This document shows, one piece after another, positions 1 through 13,203 of a stretch of 64,000 bases of DNA. The DNA is from Octopus vulgaris. Taxonomy: Eukaryota. The notes under the pieces are model-generated. The model saw only the letters and a program-made list of their open reading frames with translations, did not search any database and was not told the origin of the DNA. Positions within the stretch are counted from its first letter, which is position 1. The number at the start of each line of letters is the position of its first letter. A program made the position numbers and the translations under genes. Where the stretch lies: NCBI GenBank assembly GCA_951406725.2, contig OX597830.1, positions 46,314,001-46,378,000 on the forward strand. Reading direction: 5' to 3'.

Positions 1-805
1 ATGTCCCAGCAAGAAATGAGGACCAGTCAGCTGCTGGTGCAGCTGTCATATGCTAAATGTTTAGCTGGGAGTGGAAGAGCCATCATTCATACATGCATGC
101 ATATGCATGGGTGTGCACACACTACAAACACACATATAGAGAGACGGGGGGAGAGGGGAGGGAGGGAGGGAGGTAGCAATGTAGATAAACATAGTCAAGC
201 TTGATATACATGTAACTATGCCTGTTGTATGGATTTTGTTTATGCTACAAAATGGCATATAAATGTCAGGTCATGACTCCTCCTCATTCCCACCAGGCTG
301 GTATCTACATTAGGGACACAATTGCTAGTGCTCAGTCCACAGCCCTATAATTGAAACCACAAAAAAATAAACACCCTGCTTTTGCCAGTCTTCTCTTGAA
401 AAGGGGAGTTGGACTTACTGTAATATCTTTATGTGATCAGTCACCAGTTACATAACCATGACTTTTGCATATAACACCAGCAAATCATGATTATGTAACA
501 TTTGGCTTCCTGAAACAGCTGTTGAGTTTAAGACATTACATAATTTCTTTATGTATGTGTGTGTGTGTACATATACACACACACACGCACGCACGCATGC
601 ATGCATATGTATCAAGTCTAACTGTGTCAGTCTATATTAATACCTGCATATTGAATTTCTCTTATAGCCACTGTTGACGCTGTGGGCCTTTCCCAAGATC
701 AAGAGGTCAGGGTTTAAGTTTGAAGTCATTCAAGCACTACTACCTGTTTCCTACACTGAGCTTATCTTGCTTTCTCTTACTGACTGTGTGTGTGTGTGTG
801 TATAT

Positions 806-844
<39 letters not shown>

Positions 845-1567
845 TGCAGATACAAATATAAACATGTTTATATGATAATTTAGTGTGGATTTATATTAAC
901 TGGTGTATTCATGGTAATAATGTTAAAGATAAAAAGATAAGTTTGAAACTTTAGTGGGGCATGCACGGCCATTAATCATGAAACCATTTTAGTTTTCTTC
1001 ATGCTGGTTACAAATACGATCTAACTGGCTTCTTGTAATTGTCTCGATTGTTTCTCAGAAAACAGAATGATTGAGGAAGGTATACAGGAGGTCAAGGTTT
1101 AGAGGAGCAGAGAAGATAGCAGTAAATAAATGGAACAAAGCTCAATGGTGTCATTGTTTTACCATTCCAGGCAACAGAGAATCTTTCCCCCAAAATCCAC
1201 CCTCATAATGATTCTCTCTTTCACAAGTTGTTTCTGCTTCAGGCAGTTCTCCAGGCCATATCGCAAATGGGCGTAGATGAGATGATCAATTCAGGAATGC
1301 AATAAATAGATGCAAAAGATTTTGGTCATCCAGTAAAATAGTAAACTGAATAGAACAAATTCAGTTAATACAGAGTATTGTGTAAGAGGGGGAGGGATAT
1401 ATATGATCGTTTTATGTTTATTATATAAACATTAATAACCGCACAGAATTATCTGAAATATTTTTTCTGGATAGGAAATGGTGCTATTTTACTTGCTATA
1501 AATAAATCATATGTCAACATGGAAAGACGGATGTTAAATGATAATGACTATATATGTGTGTGTGTCT

Positions 1568-1783
1568 GCCAGTACTGCCTGACTGGCCTTCATTGCCGGT
1601 GGCACGTAAAAGCACCCACTACACTCTCGGAGTGGTTGGTGTTAGGAAGGGTATCTAGCTGTAGAAACTCTGCCAGATCAGATTGGAGTCTGGTGCAGCC
1701 ATCTGGTTCGCCAGACCTCAGTCAAATCGTCCAACCCATGCTAGCATGGAAAGCGGATGTTAAACGATGATGATGATGATGAT
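1568..1783 (+). mobile_element. 5'-truncated RTE-clade LINE 3' tail ending in (GAT)n
   Basis: Ends ...TCGTCCAACCCATGCTAGCATGGAAAGCGGATGTTAAAC(GAT)n. The same sequence is contiguous with RTE ORF2 coding sequence at 39555-40335. Confidence 0.75.
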
Positions 1784-4591
1784 ATATATACAAAATATAG
1801 GGGTTTAGTTCACAGGTGATCTAAACGACTAAGTACACTAAGTAAGTGCTGTAACGTATTACCAGGGCTCCAAGGTTATAGTCGAGATGGTAGTTATGGA
1901 GCCATTGTAGATTTCCTGGACTATAATAGATTCTGGTATCCCATATCAGGGCCAGCACTCCATTTGTGGCCTCAAAATTTTAACTCATAACTCACCACAA
2001 TTGCTTAACAAACACAACAAAGCCCTCACAACATGTAAACACAAATTCTTCCCTAAATCCAAATGTAAATAAATTCACCCCACCCCCACGAATAACCCCC
2101 ACATACAAATCTATATCTTCCTCATTTTACTTATTTGTTTCCAATAACAGAATATCCATACTCTGGAATATCCCAGAAACAGCTGTAAGACTTTGAATTT
2201 TTTCAATAATAGCGACGGATATGACTTGAGATGTTTGTCTTGCCTTAATACTTGTCTTCTTTAACAATTATGTATGCATATATATATATGTGTATATATA
2301 TATTTATCCAATCCATACCAGCATGAAAAATATCAGACATTAAAACAGTGATGATGGGAAAGGGACAGATGATGATGATGATGATGCTGTACAGCTGTAA
2401 GTTCTTAACATTGGTTGACTTGGTAACTCAGCTGCAAAGTTATAAGCACTTCAGCTTCCTGGTTAGAAATAATTGGAAAATCATGAACATCATGGTTGAT
2501 AATATGATCCTCCTTGTAAATTTAAAGCATCATAGCTGCACGAAACGTCCTCCATGCATGATTATAACAAACACAAACAACACAAACACTGCAATACACA
2601 AAAACACAGGCACAACCGTTGTTGCAAGAGAAAACTCGTTTGAAGGAAGACGTGGGCAAAAGAAACAGTTATCCATAAACTAATACACACACGCACAGAT
2701 GCTCACATAACACACACACACACATACAGAAAGGCACCCACACACAGACACCTACACACACAGGCACCCACGCACATTGATAATCAGGCACATGCATACA
2801 CACAGACACCTACACATAGATATACACACACACACATGCACATACATGCAAAGACACCTACATACACAATTGCCAGCAAACAGATGCCATAATTGACCTC
2901 CTCTTTTTGTAAGGGATGGGGAGGGGAGAGGGGTGAGGGCAGCTGTGAAAATGAATGAAGAAGTGGGGAACAACATAAAGCAATGGTGAACCTGGAGACT
3001 GGTGGATAAAACTGAAGTAGAGAACAGGCCTCATTCATCATAAAATGGAAGCTGATGATTAGGAGGAGGAGGAGAAGAAGGTGGGTGAGATGCTGGTAGT
3101 GAGTGGAATAGAATGATTTGATGAGGAAGATGATGTAGAAACTATCAAGAACATGAAATGCACAAAACAAAAGCAAGGAAAAAAAAAACCATGTAACAGT
3201 CCAAAATCCATTGTTATTTTAAGCATCAGACTCAACAATTGCCTAAATGCGTTGCAATACAAGAGTTAAGTTGCTAGGTTACTGCTACAAGGGTCACAAG
3301 TTCACACTGTCACTGACATTGTGTTGTAGCTGACCACCACACCAGAAGCAAAAGAAAATTTATTCAATGTGACAACAGGAGAGGGATGGAGAGGTCAGAA
3401 ATACAAAGATGAAATTATAATAAAAAGAAACTAATTCCTGATCTGAATGAATGGGAAGAAGTAACAATGGTTTGTGTTAAAGAACTGTTAGAAGAAATAT
3501 GAGAAGTGGAGGCCTTCATCAGAGATTTAATCAATTCTCAAAACCTTCAATACTGTCTCTTCACAGAGAATACCAATTTTAGTTTTTTCACAAATACAAC
3601 TGTCTGCCTTTGTTAAGTAACACAGAACAATCACTAATGTACATTTGCTGAAATGTAGTCCTAGGTACATTGTGTCAATGCTTCATCACTGATTTTAGCA
3701 ACCATGCAAAGATGAAAGACAAAGTTAACTTCAGCAGGATTTGAACTCACAACCAGAATACTGCAAAGCTTTTCTCTTCTACATTCTAACAACAATGTCA
3801 GTTTGCTGCTTCAGACTAAATAACAACCACACACACACACACACACATACAGACACACACACACACACACTTGTGACCGATGGTGGAATTCCCCCCTGCT
3901 ATGTCACCCCCAACCCCATCAACTTTTGGGGAGTTTACAGTAAAAAAGTTAGGAACTAATTTTTGTGGAGACAGACTTTCAGATTAGATTCTGAATTTTA
4001 CCACATCTTTACCTGTCTGAGAGGCAAGCACTGTCCATCTTTCTCAGCAGGAAGTGAGCAAAGTAAAGCAATGAAATGAAGAGAATGGTGGCAGCGGTGG
4101 TTGAATGTTTTGAGCAGAGGAGGGAGTGATGGGAGGTGAGATAAGAAAGAAGCAGGTCTGCTGAAGCAATTATTCCTTTCTGCATTTGTTGAAGAACATA
4201 AAAGCCGTTTGTTTTTCTTTCTTCTTTGAAATGCTATAAATACCACACCAAGTCATACAACCTAATTCCTTCAACCAAATTGATACCTTACACCTGTCAA
4301 TCACTTTACACTTATTTGCTGCCACAACAAGAAACCTCTCTACAAATAGCAGCCAAACCTCCCTCAAATTATACCATGAGGGAAACAGAAAGAGAAATAA
4401 AACAAGAAGATAACTTGAATGCATTGAATTATAAACTTACTTAATCAAGGTTGGCCTGGGGCTAAACAAGAACTCTCAAGATAACGGATGCTCTTTCCCT
4501 CAACTTCACAAACCTTCTCTTCTAGGGAAGTTTCTTTCCATTTAGAAATATCCAGACTGGGCATAAGCTGGGTATATGAAAGTGTATACAC

Positions 4592-4807
4592 TTTACTCTT
4601 TTACTTGTTTCAGTCATTTGACAGCGGCCATGCTGGAGCACCGCCTTTAATCGAGCAACTCGACCCCGGGACTTATTCTTTTGTAAGCCCAGTACTTATT
4701 CTATCGGTCTCTTTTGCCGAACCGCTAAGTGACGGGGACATAAACACACCAGCATCGGTTGTCAAGCAATGCTAGGGGGACAAACACAGACACACACATA
4801 CATACAC

Positions 4808-4844
<37 letters not shown>

Positions 4845-5015
4845 CATATATACAACAGGCTTCTTTCAGTTTCCGTCTACCAAATCCACTCACAAAGCAT
4901 TGGTCGGCCCACGGCTAAAGCAGAAGACACTTGCCCAAGATGCCACACAGTAGGACTGAACCCAGAATCATGTGGTTGGTTAGCAAGCTACTTACCACAC
5001 AGCCACTCCTGCGCC
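4592..5015 (-). mobile_element. tRNA-derived SINE, family A (Octopus-type), full length
   Basis: Minus-strand head GGCGCAGGAGTGGCTGTGTGG (A box) ... GGTTCAGTCC (B box), then CTTGGGCAAG core, internal (TA)n and GAAACAAGTAAAAGAGTAAA tail. Near-identical to copies at 33196 and 43769. Confidence 0.9.
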
Positions 5016-6092
5016 TATGTTTAGCTATACATTATGTGATTTTGTGAATATATATCTATACAGTGCCAGTGTGTCTGGGTGGACATACGATGTCTATGAT
5101 TGATTTTCTGCATAAATGGTGTATAATGTGTGTTTGTGTGTGTGTAGCTGCCTCAGTGCTAATGCCAATCAAATATAATATTGCCACCACCATTGTTGCT
5201 ATTGGTAACTTTTCCATACTTACCAGTTTCTTTCCTTTTCTATCACAGCAAAAACCATTGTGGCTGTCCCCTCCCCATTTTACTAGAACCACCATTACTT
5301 ATCAGCAGTGTCACATGGGCCATTTGACTGGCTTGTGAAGTACTTCAAAGTGGAAGTGTTAAGCGAGCAGAGGCCGACCACAATCAGTGGCAACTCACTG
5401 AGCCAACCAGCCGAAAGAGAGCTGCTGGTAGAACCACAGCTACAAGTCTCAACATCTCTCCCTCCCTCTCTCTCTCTCATCCACAAATATGGTTGTGTGT
5501 GCATATCTGTGTGTGTGTGTGAGCGCATGTATGTGCGTTCGTGTGTGAGAGAGGAGAGAGCAATTCTTTCATGTTCCCAAACAAACGAAAGCAGTTGTAT
5601 TTGTGAAAAGCTAAAATTTATGTTTATTGCAATTCCGTAAGAGGAGAAAATATTGAAGATTTGGAAAATTGATTAAATCTGTGATGAAGTTCTCCACCCC
5701 AAACATTAGGTAAATATTTCTTCTCCTCTCAAGCATTGCAGCATACATCGAACAGGCCACACACACTAGTTTCCTCAAATTATAGTTTATCTGCGTAGTA
5801 ATTATTGGCTTAGATATATTTTCCTTCCAAACAAAAACCAACTCATTCGACCATGAAACATGATGTATTCCTGTGAGATCTTCTAAATAGAGACTGAGAA
5901 ATTCAATAGCAAAAGCCAAGGAATTCTTCAAACAACCTCTACTACTGTCTTTAGAAACAGGAATCTCATATTTGCAAGTCCCTAAATTTTAGGCCAAGAA
6001 ACTTGGTAATAAAAATAAAATGACCAGTGGAAAAAGAAATAAGGAGCCAAAATTATATAACAACTAGTGAGGCGACATTAGTGAGAGTTTAA

Positions 6093-6537
6093 CCGTTTAG
6101 TGTTTGCATTATTCTGCCAAAATTAATGCTTTTTTTAACCCTTTAGTATTTAAACCGGCCATATCCGGCCCAAAAATTTAATCTGTTTTTGTTCAAACTG
6201 ACCAGATCCAGGCCCTCACACCTACCCTACAATGTTATTCTACATTAAGTAATTACACCATCAAGATCTTGAAGATATGAGATAATGCATGATTAATTTA
6301 AATCAATGTGAATCAATAGGCATTAAGTTTGAAAGAATAATCTGAACACTAAAGGGCTAATCCACATTGTTTTGAACTAATCATGCATTATCTTGTAGCT
6401 ATGAGATTTTGATTAGGAAGCTGTTAATTTTTAAAACAATATTGTAGGGTTGGTGTGAGAGACCAGATCTGGCCTGTTTGAACATAAAACTGGCAGAATA
6501 CTTTTGGCCAGATATGCCCGGTTTAAATGCTAAAGGG
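6093..6537. mobile_element. piggyBac-type MITE (outer copy, interrupted by a nested copy)
   Basis: Termini TTAA|CCGTTTAG ... CTAAAGGG|TTAA. The body matches the uninterrupted copy at 21452-21672. Confidence 0.75.
6139..6356. mobile_element. piggyBac-type MITE (inner copy, opposite orientation)
   Basis: Termini TTAA|CCCTTTAG ... CTAAAGGG|CTAA. It is the reverse complement of the same family. Confidence 0.75.
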
Positions 6538-8298
6538 TTAAAGAGAAGCAAAACTAATCAACTTTATGACTAGCTAACAACGAAACCGCTTCATAATCAA
6601 TTTCCCATACTAGAAATAGCAGCCAAATTCTCTCTAATCATACCTTAACATCTCCGAAAAGAAAGGATGAGGACAATGTAGTTGTAGATATACAAAGAGA
6701 TAAGATGGCCATGGATCGAACGCATTTGGTAATACATCAACTCAATCAGAGAGCACCAAGCATAACTATCTCTTATCATTTTGGGGATAGAAGGAAAAGA
6801 TCTATTGATTCGATGTAGAGCAAATTAGCGGGGGGTAGGTAGTGTATCAATGTCTATCATGGAGTCATTGAAACAGAACCCTTTCCCTTCTCAATCACTA
6901 TAAAACAACAAAAAAAAAACTACATCCCAAAATCTAGGCTTGTTCTTCAGAATAATATGCTCAATGTTAGCCATCTTCAGAAAACATAACTGCACCACAT
7001 CTTAAAATCTCACTCCCATATCTGATACAGCATAGCTTTTCCCCACAATCGCACCCCCACCCGCAACTCAAAACTCTCTCTCCCCTATTTCTTTTATTAC
7101 TAATACAACAATTCCAGACTCTCTGACTAACAGACTATTTCCAACCTAATTACACCCGCCTCTTCTTCTCTCATCATCCCTACATCCTCTCATACCATAA
7201 AAACTTTCTACTAAACCATTCCACCCCCAATTCTGCTGCAATCTTTCCATCAGAACATTTCAGTTCAGATTTTCCCCTCAAGCAAGATGTCCAAACTGAA
7301 CCGGCACCCTAACCCTAATCTCACTAATCTGAAAAGGCTTACAGGTGCCAAAGCCTTTTCTCTTCATTGAAACAAAAAAGAAAAAGTGGCAAGGGTGCAT
7401 AGAATTCTATCTCTGACTATTCTAAAATATGGAACAACAGAAGTGCCACATATATCAGCTGAGCTTAAGTCAACCTACATGTAACCATCAGTTCCCAAAT
7501 CTTATTTCATGTATTTTATGCTTTGCCTCCACACCAACCCCTGTTTTTTTTTCTTTTATTCATTTTCTGGTTTCAGTTATTGGACTGCAGCCATACTGGA
7601 GCACCAGTCTCAATGGGTTTTAATCATATCAACCCTAGTATTTATTTCATTAATCAGGTGCTTATTTTAACAATCTCTATAGAAATCAATCAATAACAAA
7701 CTGCTAAGTTACAAGAGATAGAGGGTCACAACACACATGTACACACACACACACACATACACATGTACACACACACACTGAGAAGACTTCTGCACTGCTT
7801 CCTTATCCCAAATTCCACTTACATAGTACTGAGCAAAGTGAGGTTGTAGTGGAAGCCATTTGGCCAAGGGGCCACACAGTGAGACCCAACCCAGAGCTAT
7901 GTCTTTCAGAAGCAACCTTTCCAATAATTGTTGGCATTAATGTCTTTGGACAGGATTCACAAAATGTTTTAACTACAGAAATCATTACAGATGTAAACTT
8001 GCAAAAAGTCAATTCATCAAAATAAGTGTTTATAAAATCAGGATAGTTACATAAAGTAAGCAGTAGCCATTATTCATAAGTCCTGCCAAAAATCACAGAG
8101 TGACTGACAACCCAGAGAATTAGAATGATCATATGAAGACAATCATTACACAGAACTCTCAAAAGCTGTGAACTGTAAACAAGATTAGCTCAGCTGATGA
8201 CAGGTTTTATATATAGAATAAATGACACGAATCCGTTACAAGATCAATGTTCAAAATCAGGCTCCATTCTTCACAGCTACCACCATCTTCTGACACAT

Positions 8299-8335
<37 letters not shown>

Positions 8336-9785
8336 TGAATATTCTCAAGTTTTTATTGAAATTATTAATGGCAGAAGGAAAATCTTTTCCATAATACTGA
8401 ATATAAATAAAAGATGAAATTGAATTAAACAAAATTGATAAACAAGTTTGTTTTTTTTTAAATATCAAATTGGAAAAGGAAAAAAAAAAGATTCTTTTTT
8501 AATGAGATGGGGAGAGGGGAAGGGGGATTCACTGTTTTTAGTAAAGATTTTTTTTCTTCTTTTTTTGGTGTTCCTATAAACAAGAATCTCAAATGGTTGG
8601 CAGAAACTGTTACACCAACAGAACAACTCCTTTAAAAGCTTTAATTTCTTAAGGCAGATCATAATGGGGGAAGAGGAGGAGGGGGAGAGAAAAGAATGCA
8701 ACAGTAAAAACAAGAAAAATAAAACTGCAACAAAGAAGGGGAAAAAAAAATAGTTTGTATGGAAGGATTTAAGGGGTTTAACTTCTGAACAGAGCTTTAT
8801 TGATTAATGCATCAGCACTTCATCTGTATGTGGTAGAGAATTGAAATGCAATAGGAAGGAAACGGTTCACCTCCGAACCAACCCCATTCTGACCCCACCA
8901 ACACTGACTGCAGTCCCTAGTCTACTAACACACACCACTATTTGCCCCCTGCCTGCCACTTGGATTCTTCTTGAGCAATCTTAAAAATGGAAGAGCATCA
9001 AAACAAGGGAGAAGGAGAGAGAGAAGAAGAGCAACAAACACTGAGAAAGATATGGAGAAGCAATGAGTCAGAGAGAGAGAGAGAGAGAGAGAAAAGAAGA
9101 GAGAAAGAGAGAGAGAAAGGAAGAGAGAGAGAGAGAGTCTGAATGTTGTTTATGAAAAACACAGTATTTATATGAAGCTGTTCAATCAAAAGAGTAATTG
9201 ATGATGATAATAATATCAGAATTTATTATTATTATTATGATTATTATTGGCAAGCATTCAGAATCAAGAGAGAAGATCTTGTGAACAGAGTCTGCAACCT
9301 AGTTTTGGATTCTGAAGCTATTTCACATCACTTAACCGCATTGATAGTTTTAAGAAAAGCATTAACATCACAAAATCTCGTTAGATAATGGTTAGTCAAA
9401 ACACTATTAGCTGGAATTATCTAAACGGTAACTACATTCTCAGCAATTATAGCCTGAGGCATTAATTTTTTTTTTTTTTTTTTTTTTTTTGTTTGTTTTT
9501 TTCATATCTCACCTAAACACGTCTCATTTAATTTGTGAGATCTGCATGAACATCACAACACCCTTTGCCATATTCCTTAAACTCTTCATGTGCCAGGCCT
9601 AAGAAGAAATCATTAGAATCACACTCCATTTATATGCAATATCAATAATTTCTTTTATTAGCCACAGGGGCATAGATGAAGGAAACATCACAAGGATCCT
9701 TTGCATAAGAATCTACTTTAAGGGATTTGGAGAAAGAAATGGAAAAACAAAATCAGTTAAATGCAATAAAGCTATACATATAACA

Positions 9786-9874
9786 GGTGCAGAAGTGGCT
9801 GTGTGGTAAGTAGCTTACCAACCACATGGTTGTGGGTTCAGTCCCACTGCATGGCACCTTGGGCAAGTGTCTTT

Positions 9875-9939
<65 letters not shown>

Positions 9940-10163
9940 GTGTGTGTGTGTGTGTGTATATGTTTGTGTGTCTGTGTTTGTCCACCCCACCATCACTTGA
10001 CAACCGATGCTGGTGTGCTTATGTCCCCATAACTTAGTGGTTCGGAAAAAGAGACCGATAAAATAAGTACTAGGCTTACAAAGAATAAGTCCTGGGATCG
10101 ATTTGTTCAACTAAAGGTGGTGCTCCAGCATGGCCACAGTCAAAATGACTGAAACAAAAGAAT
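9786..10163 (+). mobile_element. SINE family A with internal deletion and expanded (TA)n/(TG)n
   Basis: Head GGTGCAGAAGTGGCTGTGTGG, CCTTGGGCAAG core and 3' GTGCTCCAGCATGGCCACAGTC...GACTGAAAC. Confidence 0.85.
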
Positions 10164-10194
10164 AGTATGCAAAGTATGTGATAACATGAATGAT

Positions 10195-10673
10195 GCTGAC
10201 TTCCTGATACAGGAGAAGCTCCAGCCAGGGCCACTCAAGGAACCCTGCTGATCCAGCATTCCCCTGACCACCTCCTGCTGGCCAATCTACAGGTGCAGGC
10301 TTAGAGTAAGGCCATTCACTCGAACCACAGTCACCCATTTTATCACAAATTCACTGGCAAATAGCACTTCCCTCTTCACCTGAACTTCCTTTTCCAGGTG
10401 GAACTTTAAAAAGTTGATGAGGGCTTGACCAAAGAGGCAGGTGTCTTACCTCAATCCTTTCAGCCTCGTCCACCACACACCCTCTTTTGCCATACCCACC
10501 CGACACACAAACATCACCTACTCTGCATTGTTAAGGGTGGGTGGTGGGGCAATCCTCACAATGGATTTGGCCAATGGTCAAATTCATCTGATATGCGATG
10601 ACAGCTGTTCAACATCGACATAACCCCACAAGTCAGCAGTACTTGGACATTATGTGAGTGCATGCAGAATGGT
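10195..10673 (-). mobile_element. Decayed Tx1/L1-like LINE ORF2 C-terminus and 3' end
   Basis: Minus strand reads TILHALT*CP..DLWGYV...GMAKEGVWWTRLKGL..D..LFGQALINFLKFHLEKEVQVKREVL..SEFVIKW. This resembles the CCHC-adjacent C-terminus of L1/Tx1 ORF2, with several stops. Confidence 0.65.
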
Positions 10674-11535
10674 AATAATGATTTTCTAATGTTGGAAGAA
10701 AGCCTGAAGTTGGGAGGAGAGCAGGTGAAATGATTCCAGTGCCTCCAGTGTTCAACTGATTTTTTTTTATTTTATCAACTCTGAAAAGATGGAAGGTAAA
10801 GATAAGATAACCCGACAGGATTTGAACTTAAAATGTAAAGGAATGTAACTAAACATCAGGCATTTGACTTTACCAATTCTATCCTATTCTCTTATACTGG
10901 CACAGGTGCACAAGTTCTGAGGGGACAGTTGGACAAGGGTAGTGGATTAGCTTCAACCTCAGTAGACACACTTTGGTACTTTTTTTTAATTAAGCCCCAG
11001 AGAGGAAAAAGATAAAAATCGACCCCGGAAAGACTGAAATTTCATTAGACTTTCTATCGTTTTCTTTCTTTATTTGCCACAAGGGCAACAAATATAATAA
11101 TTCTCTGTATTTGATGTTTTGTGTTAATAAAAGAATCATCACCAATATTATTATTATCATTATTGTTATTGCTGTTGTTATTGCCGATGCAATCAACTGC
11201 CACTTCCTCTATGGAAGTTGGCCTTGTGCCTAGTCAAAGAAAATTATTATTATTATTATTATTTTTATGATTGTTTGAGTAATTGCATTGGCAGAAATGG
11301 CCAAATGCCAAACTGAATGCTAATATTTCATTATTTCAAACATTGCTAGGTTTGACTGGCCTTTTCATTTTTCCATAACAGATACCTGTAATACACTGGG
11401 GTAGATTCAATCATTCAATCTACTACACCTTACTCTCCTACAATTATTAGTCAAGCACACTTGTACCTTATTAAAAATTATTATTATTATCATTAGTATT
11501 ATTATTAGTAGTAGTAGCAGTAGTAGTATCATTAA

Positions 11536-11745
11536 GGCAGCAAGCTAGCAGAATCGGTGTTTTGGGGACAAAATGCTTCGCAGCATTTCTTTTAACGCCT
11601 TACATCTTGAGTTCAAATTCTGCCAAGGATAACTTAAGTTTGTCTCTCATCCCTCTAGGGACAGTCAAGTCCTGCAATCAATGTAATCAACTTACTCAGT
11701 TCCCTAAAATTGCTGGCCAGGTGCCAAAATGTGAACCAATTATTA
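11536..11745 (+). mobile_element. SINE family B (GGCGGCGAGCTGGCAGAA head), degenerate
   Basis: GGCAGCAAGCTAGCAGAATCG...GAGTTCAAATTCTGCC (B box) with (ATT)n tail. Matches the 52940-53331 family. Confidence 0.65.
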
Positions 11746-12149
11746 TTAGAAGCATCTTCCTCTCTAGCCAAACTTTCAACAACTTTTCCAAATATTACGA
11801 GAAGAGAAAGTTGAGAGCAGAGAAGGTGCTGCCCTCTGGTGTGCTAAACAAAAGATGAATGAGGATGCTTCTACCACAAACATGCTTTTCAAAGAAGGAA
11901 AGAAAACAGGACAGGGCACTTTGGATGCTCTGGGTAATCTGGACCTTTTTCTGTAGGGTTTTCCCTCAAGTTACCCTATGTTTTCTGACTCTCCACTTAT
12001 TGCAGGAATTGAGTTCATATATTCTTTATTTTTGCTGCCCCACTTTTTTTTTTTTATTATTTGATATAAACTCCACTGTTGTGTTGCAGGTTTACATTTC
12101 ATCCTTATATTGTCCTCAGAGTCTTGGGGCCTTGTAACCAATAAACAAA

Positions 12150-12430
12150 ATTATTATTATTTACATTTGACAGAAATTTGCCCTCATCTTGTTTCTTAAC
12201 ACATTTCGGCTGATATATTCTCCAGCCTTCATCAGGAGTCTTGGGGAAATTTCGAACCCGGGTTCTCATTCCTAATGTATTTTTCAATATTATTATTATT
12301 GCTATTATTATTCAGGTCACTGCCTGGAATATCGAAAAATACCTTAGGAATGAGAACTCAACAAATAAGATGAGGACAAATATCCATCAAATGTAAATAA
12401 TGTACATAATTCCTCATCTCTTAAATATAG
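12150..12430. mobile_element. Penelope-like terminal repeat remnant in inverted arrangement, carrying a hammerhead motif
   Basis: 12156-12193 and 12262-12285 recur as reverse complements at 12363-12400 and 12334-12357. The minus strand has CTGATGA-A-GGCTG..CAGCC-GAAA. Confidence 0.55.
12198..12240 (-). ncRNA. Minimal hammerhead ribozyme motif (probably inactive relic)
   Basis: CUGAUGA core, stem II GGCUG/CAGCC with 10-nt loop, then GAAA. The stem III/NUH region appears truncated. Confidence 0.5.
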
Positions 12431-12436
12431 AACAAA

Positions 12437-12475
<39 letters not shown>

Positions 12476-12975
12476 GAGGCATTGTGCTGGCAGAAACATT
12501 AGAATACCAAGTAAAATGCTTAGCAGCATTTCATCTGAGTTCAAATTCTGCCAAGGTCGACTTTGCCTGTAACCTCTCGAAAGAGCTGTTCTTCACTCCT
12601 GCTCCAGAGCGTCGGCTGCGGGGTCACTCCGAAAAGCTCTATCTGCGACGATTTCATCTCAATCAAAGGAGAGGGGCTTTCTCTGTCCAGGTTGCGGATC
12701 CATGGACTAAGCTGCCAGACAAGATAGTGAAGATGCCGACGACCACTTGGTTCAAAGTCTCTCTTGACCAGAAATGGCCTGAACTCTTTGTATGAACACC
12801 CTCCCTGTACATAACTCCATGTCCCCCTACATGGCCTTGCTTTTTGAGTCAAAAAATTAACTTAACTAAACATCCTTTCGGGGTCAATAAAATAAGTTGA
12901 ACACTGGGGTGAATGTAATCAACTTATCTCACCCACAAAATTGTTAGCCTTGTGCTAAAATTTTAAACAATTATT
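12476..12975 (+). mobile_element. SINE family B split by a LINE insertion
   Basis: GTCGACTTTGCCT stops at 12568 and the family sequence resumes at CATCCTTTCGGGGTC (12871). Confidence 0.7.
12569..12870 (+). mobile_element. CR1-like LINE 3' fragment (ORF2 C-terminus, 3' UTR, (TAACT)-type tail)
   Basis: Reads RLRGHSEKLYLRRFHLNQRRGAFSVQVADPWTKLPDKIVKMPTTTWFKVSLDQKW, which matches the CR1-group motif RGH.xKL...F.S.RV...WN.LP..VV......FK..LD. Stop at 12793-12795. Confidence 0.8.
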
Positions 12976-12983
12976 ATTATAAA

Positions 12984-13203
12984 CCTTTTCATTACCAACC
13001 CGGCTGAAACCGGCTCTGGCTCTGAGTACAAATGTCTTGTTTTCATAAGTTTTGAATTAAAACCTTCCACCAAACTTTAGTCACAATTTATGTTCCTAAC
13101 ACTAGCTGAATGATAAATAAGTTATTTTGCTAAATTCTTTGTTATATTTAAAGTAATTGAAAGAAATGCAGAGCATCTCAAAATAAATACAGTAACAAAA
13201 GGG
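12984..13203. mobile_element. piggyBac-type MITE, family 2
   Basis: Termini CCTTTT...AAAAGGG with TAAA on both flanks. Highly similar to 14351-14571. Confidence 0.8.

Noticed and set aside
3998-5530. Minus-strand donor-like sites at about 4011 and 5296 with short ORFs
   Set aside because: There is no clear acceptor, no phase-compatible continuation of the 18482 exon and no recognisable peptide.
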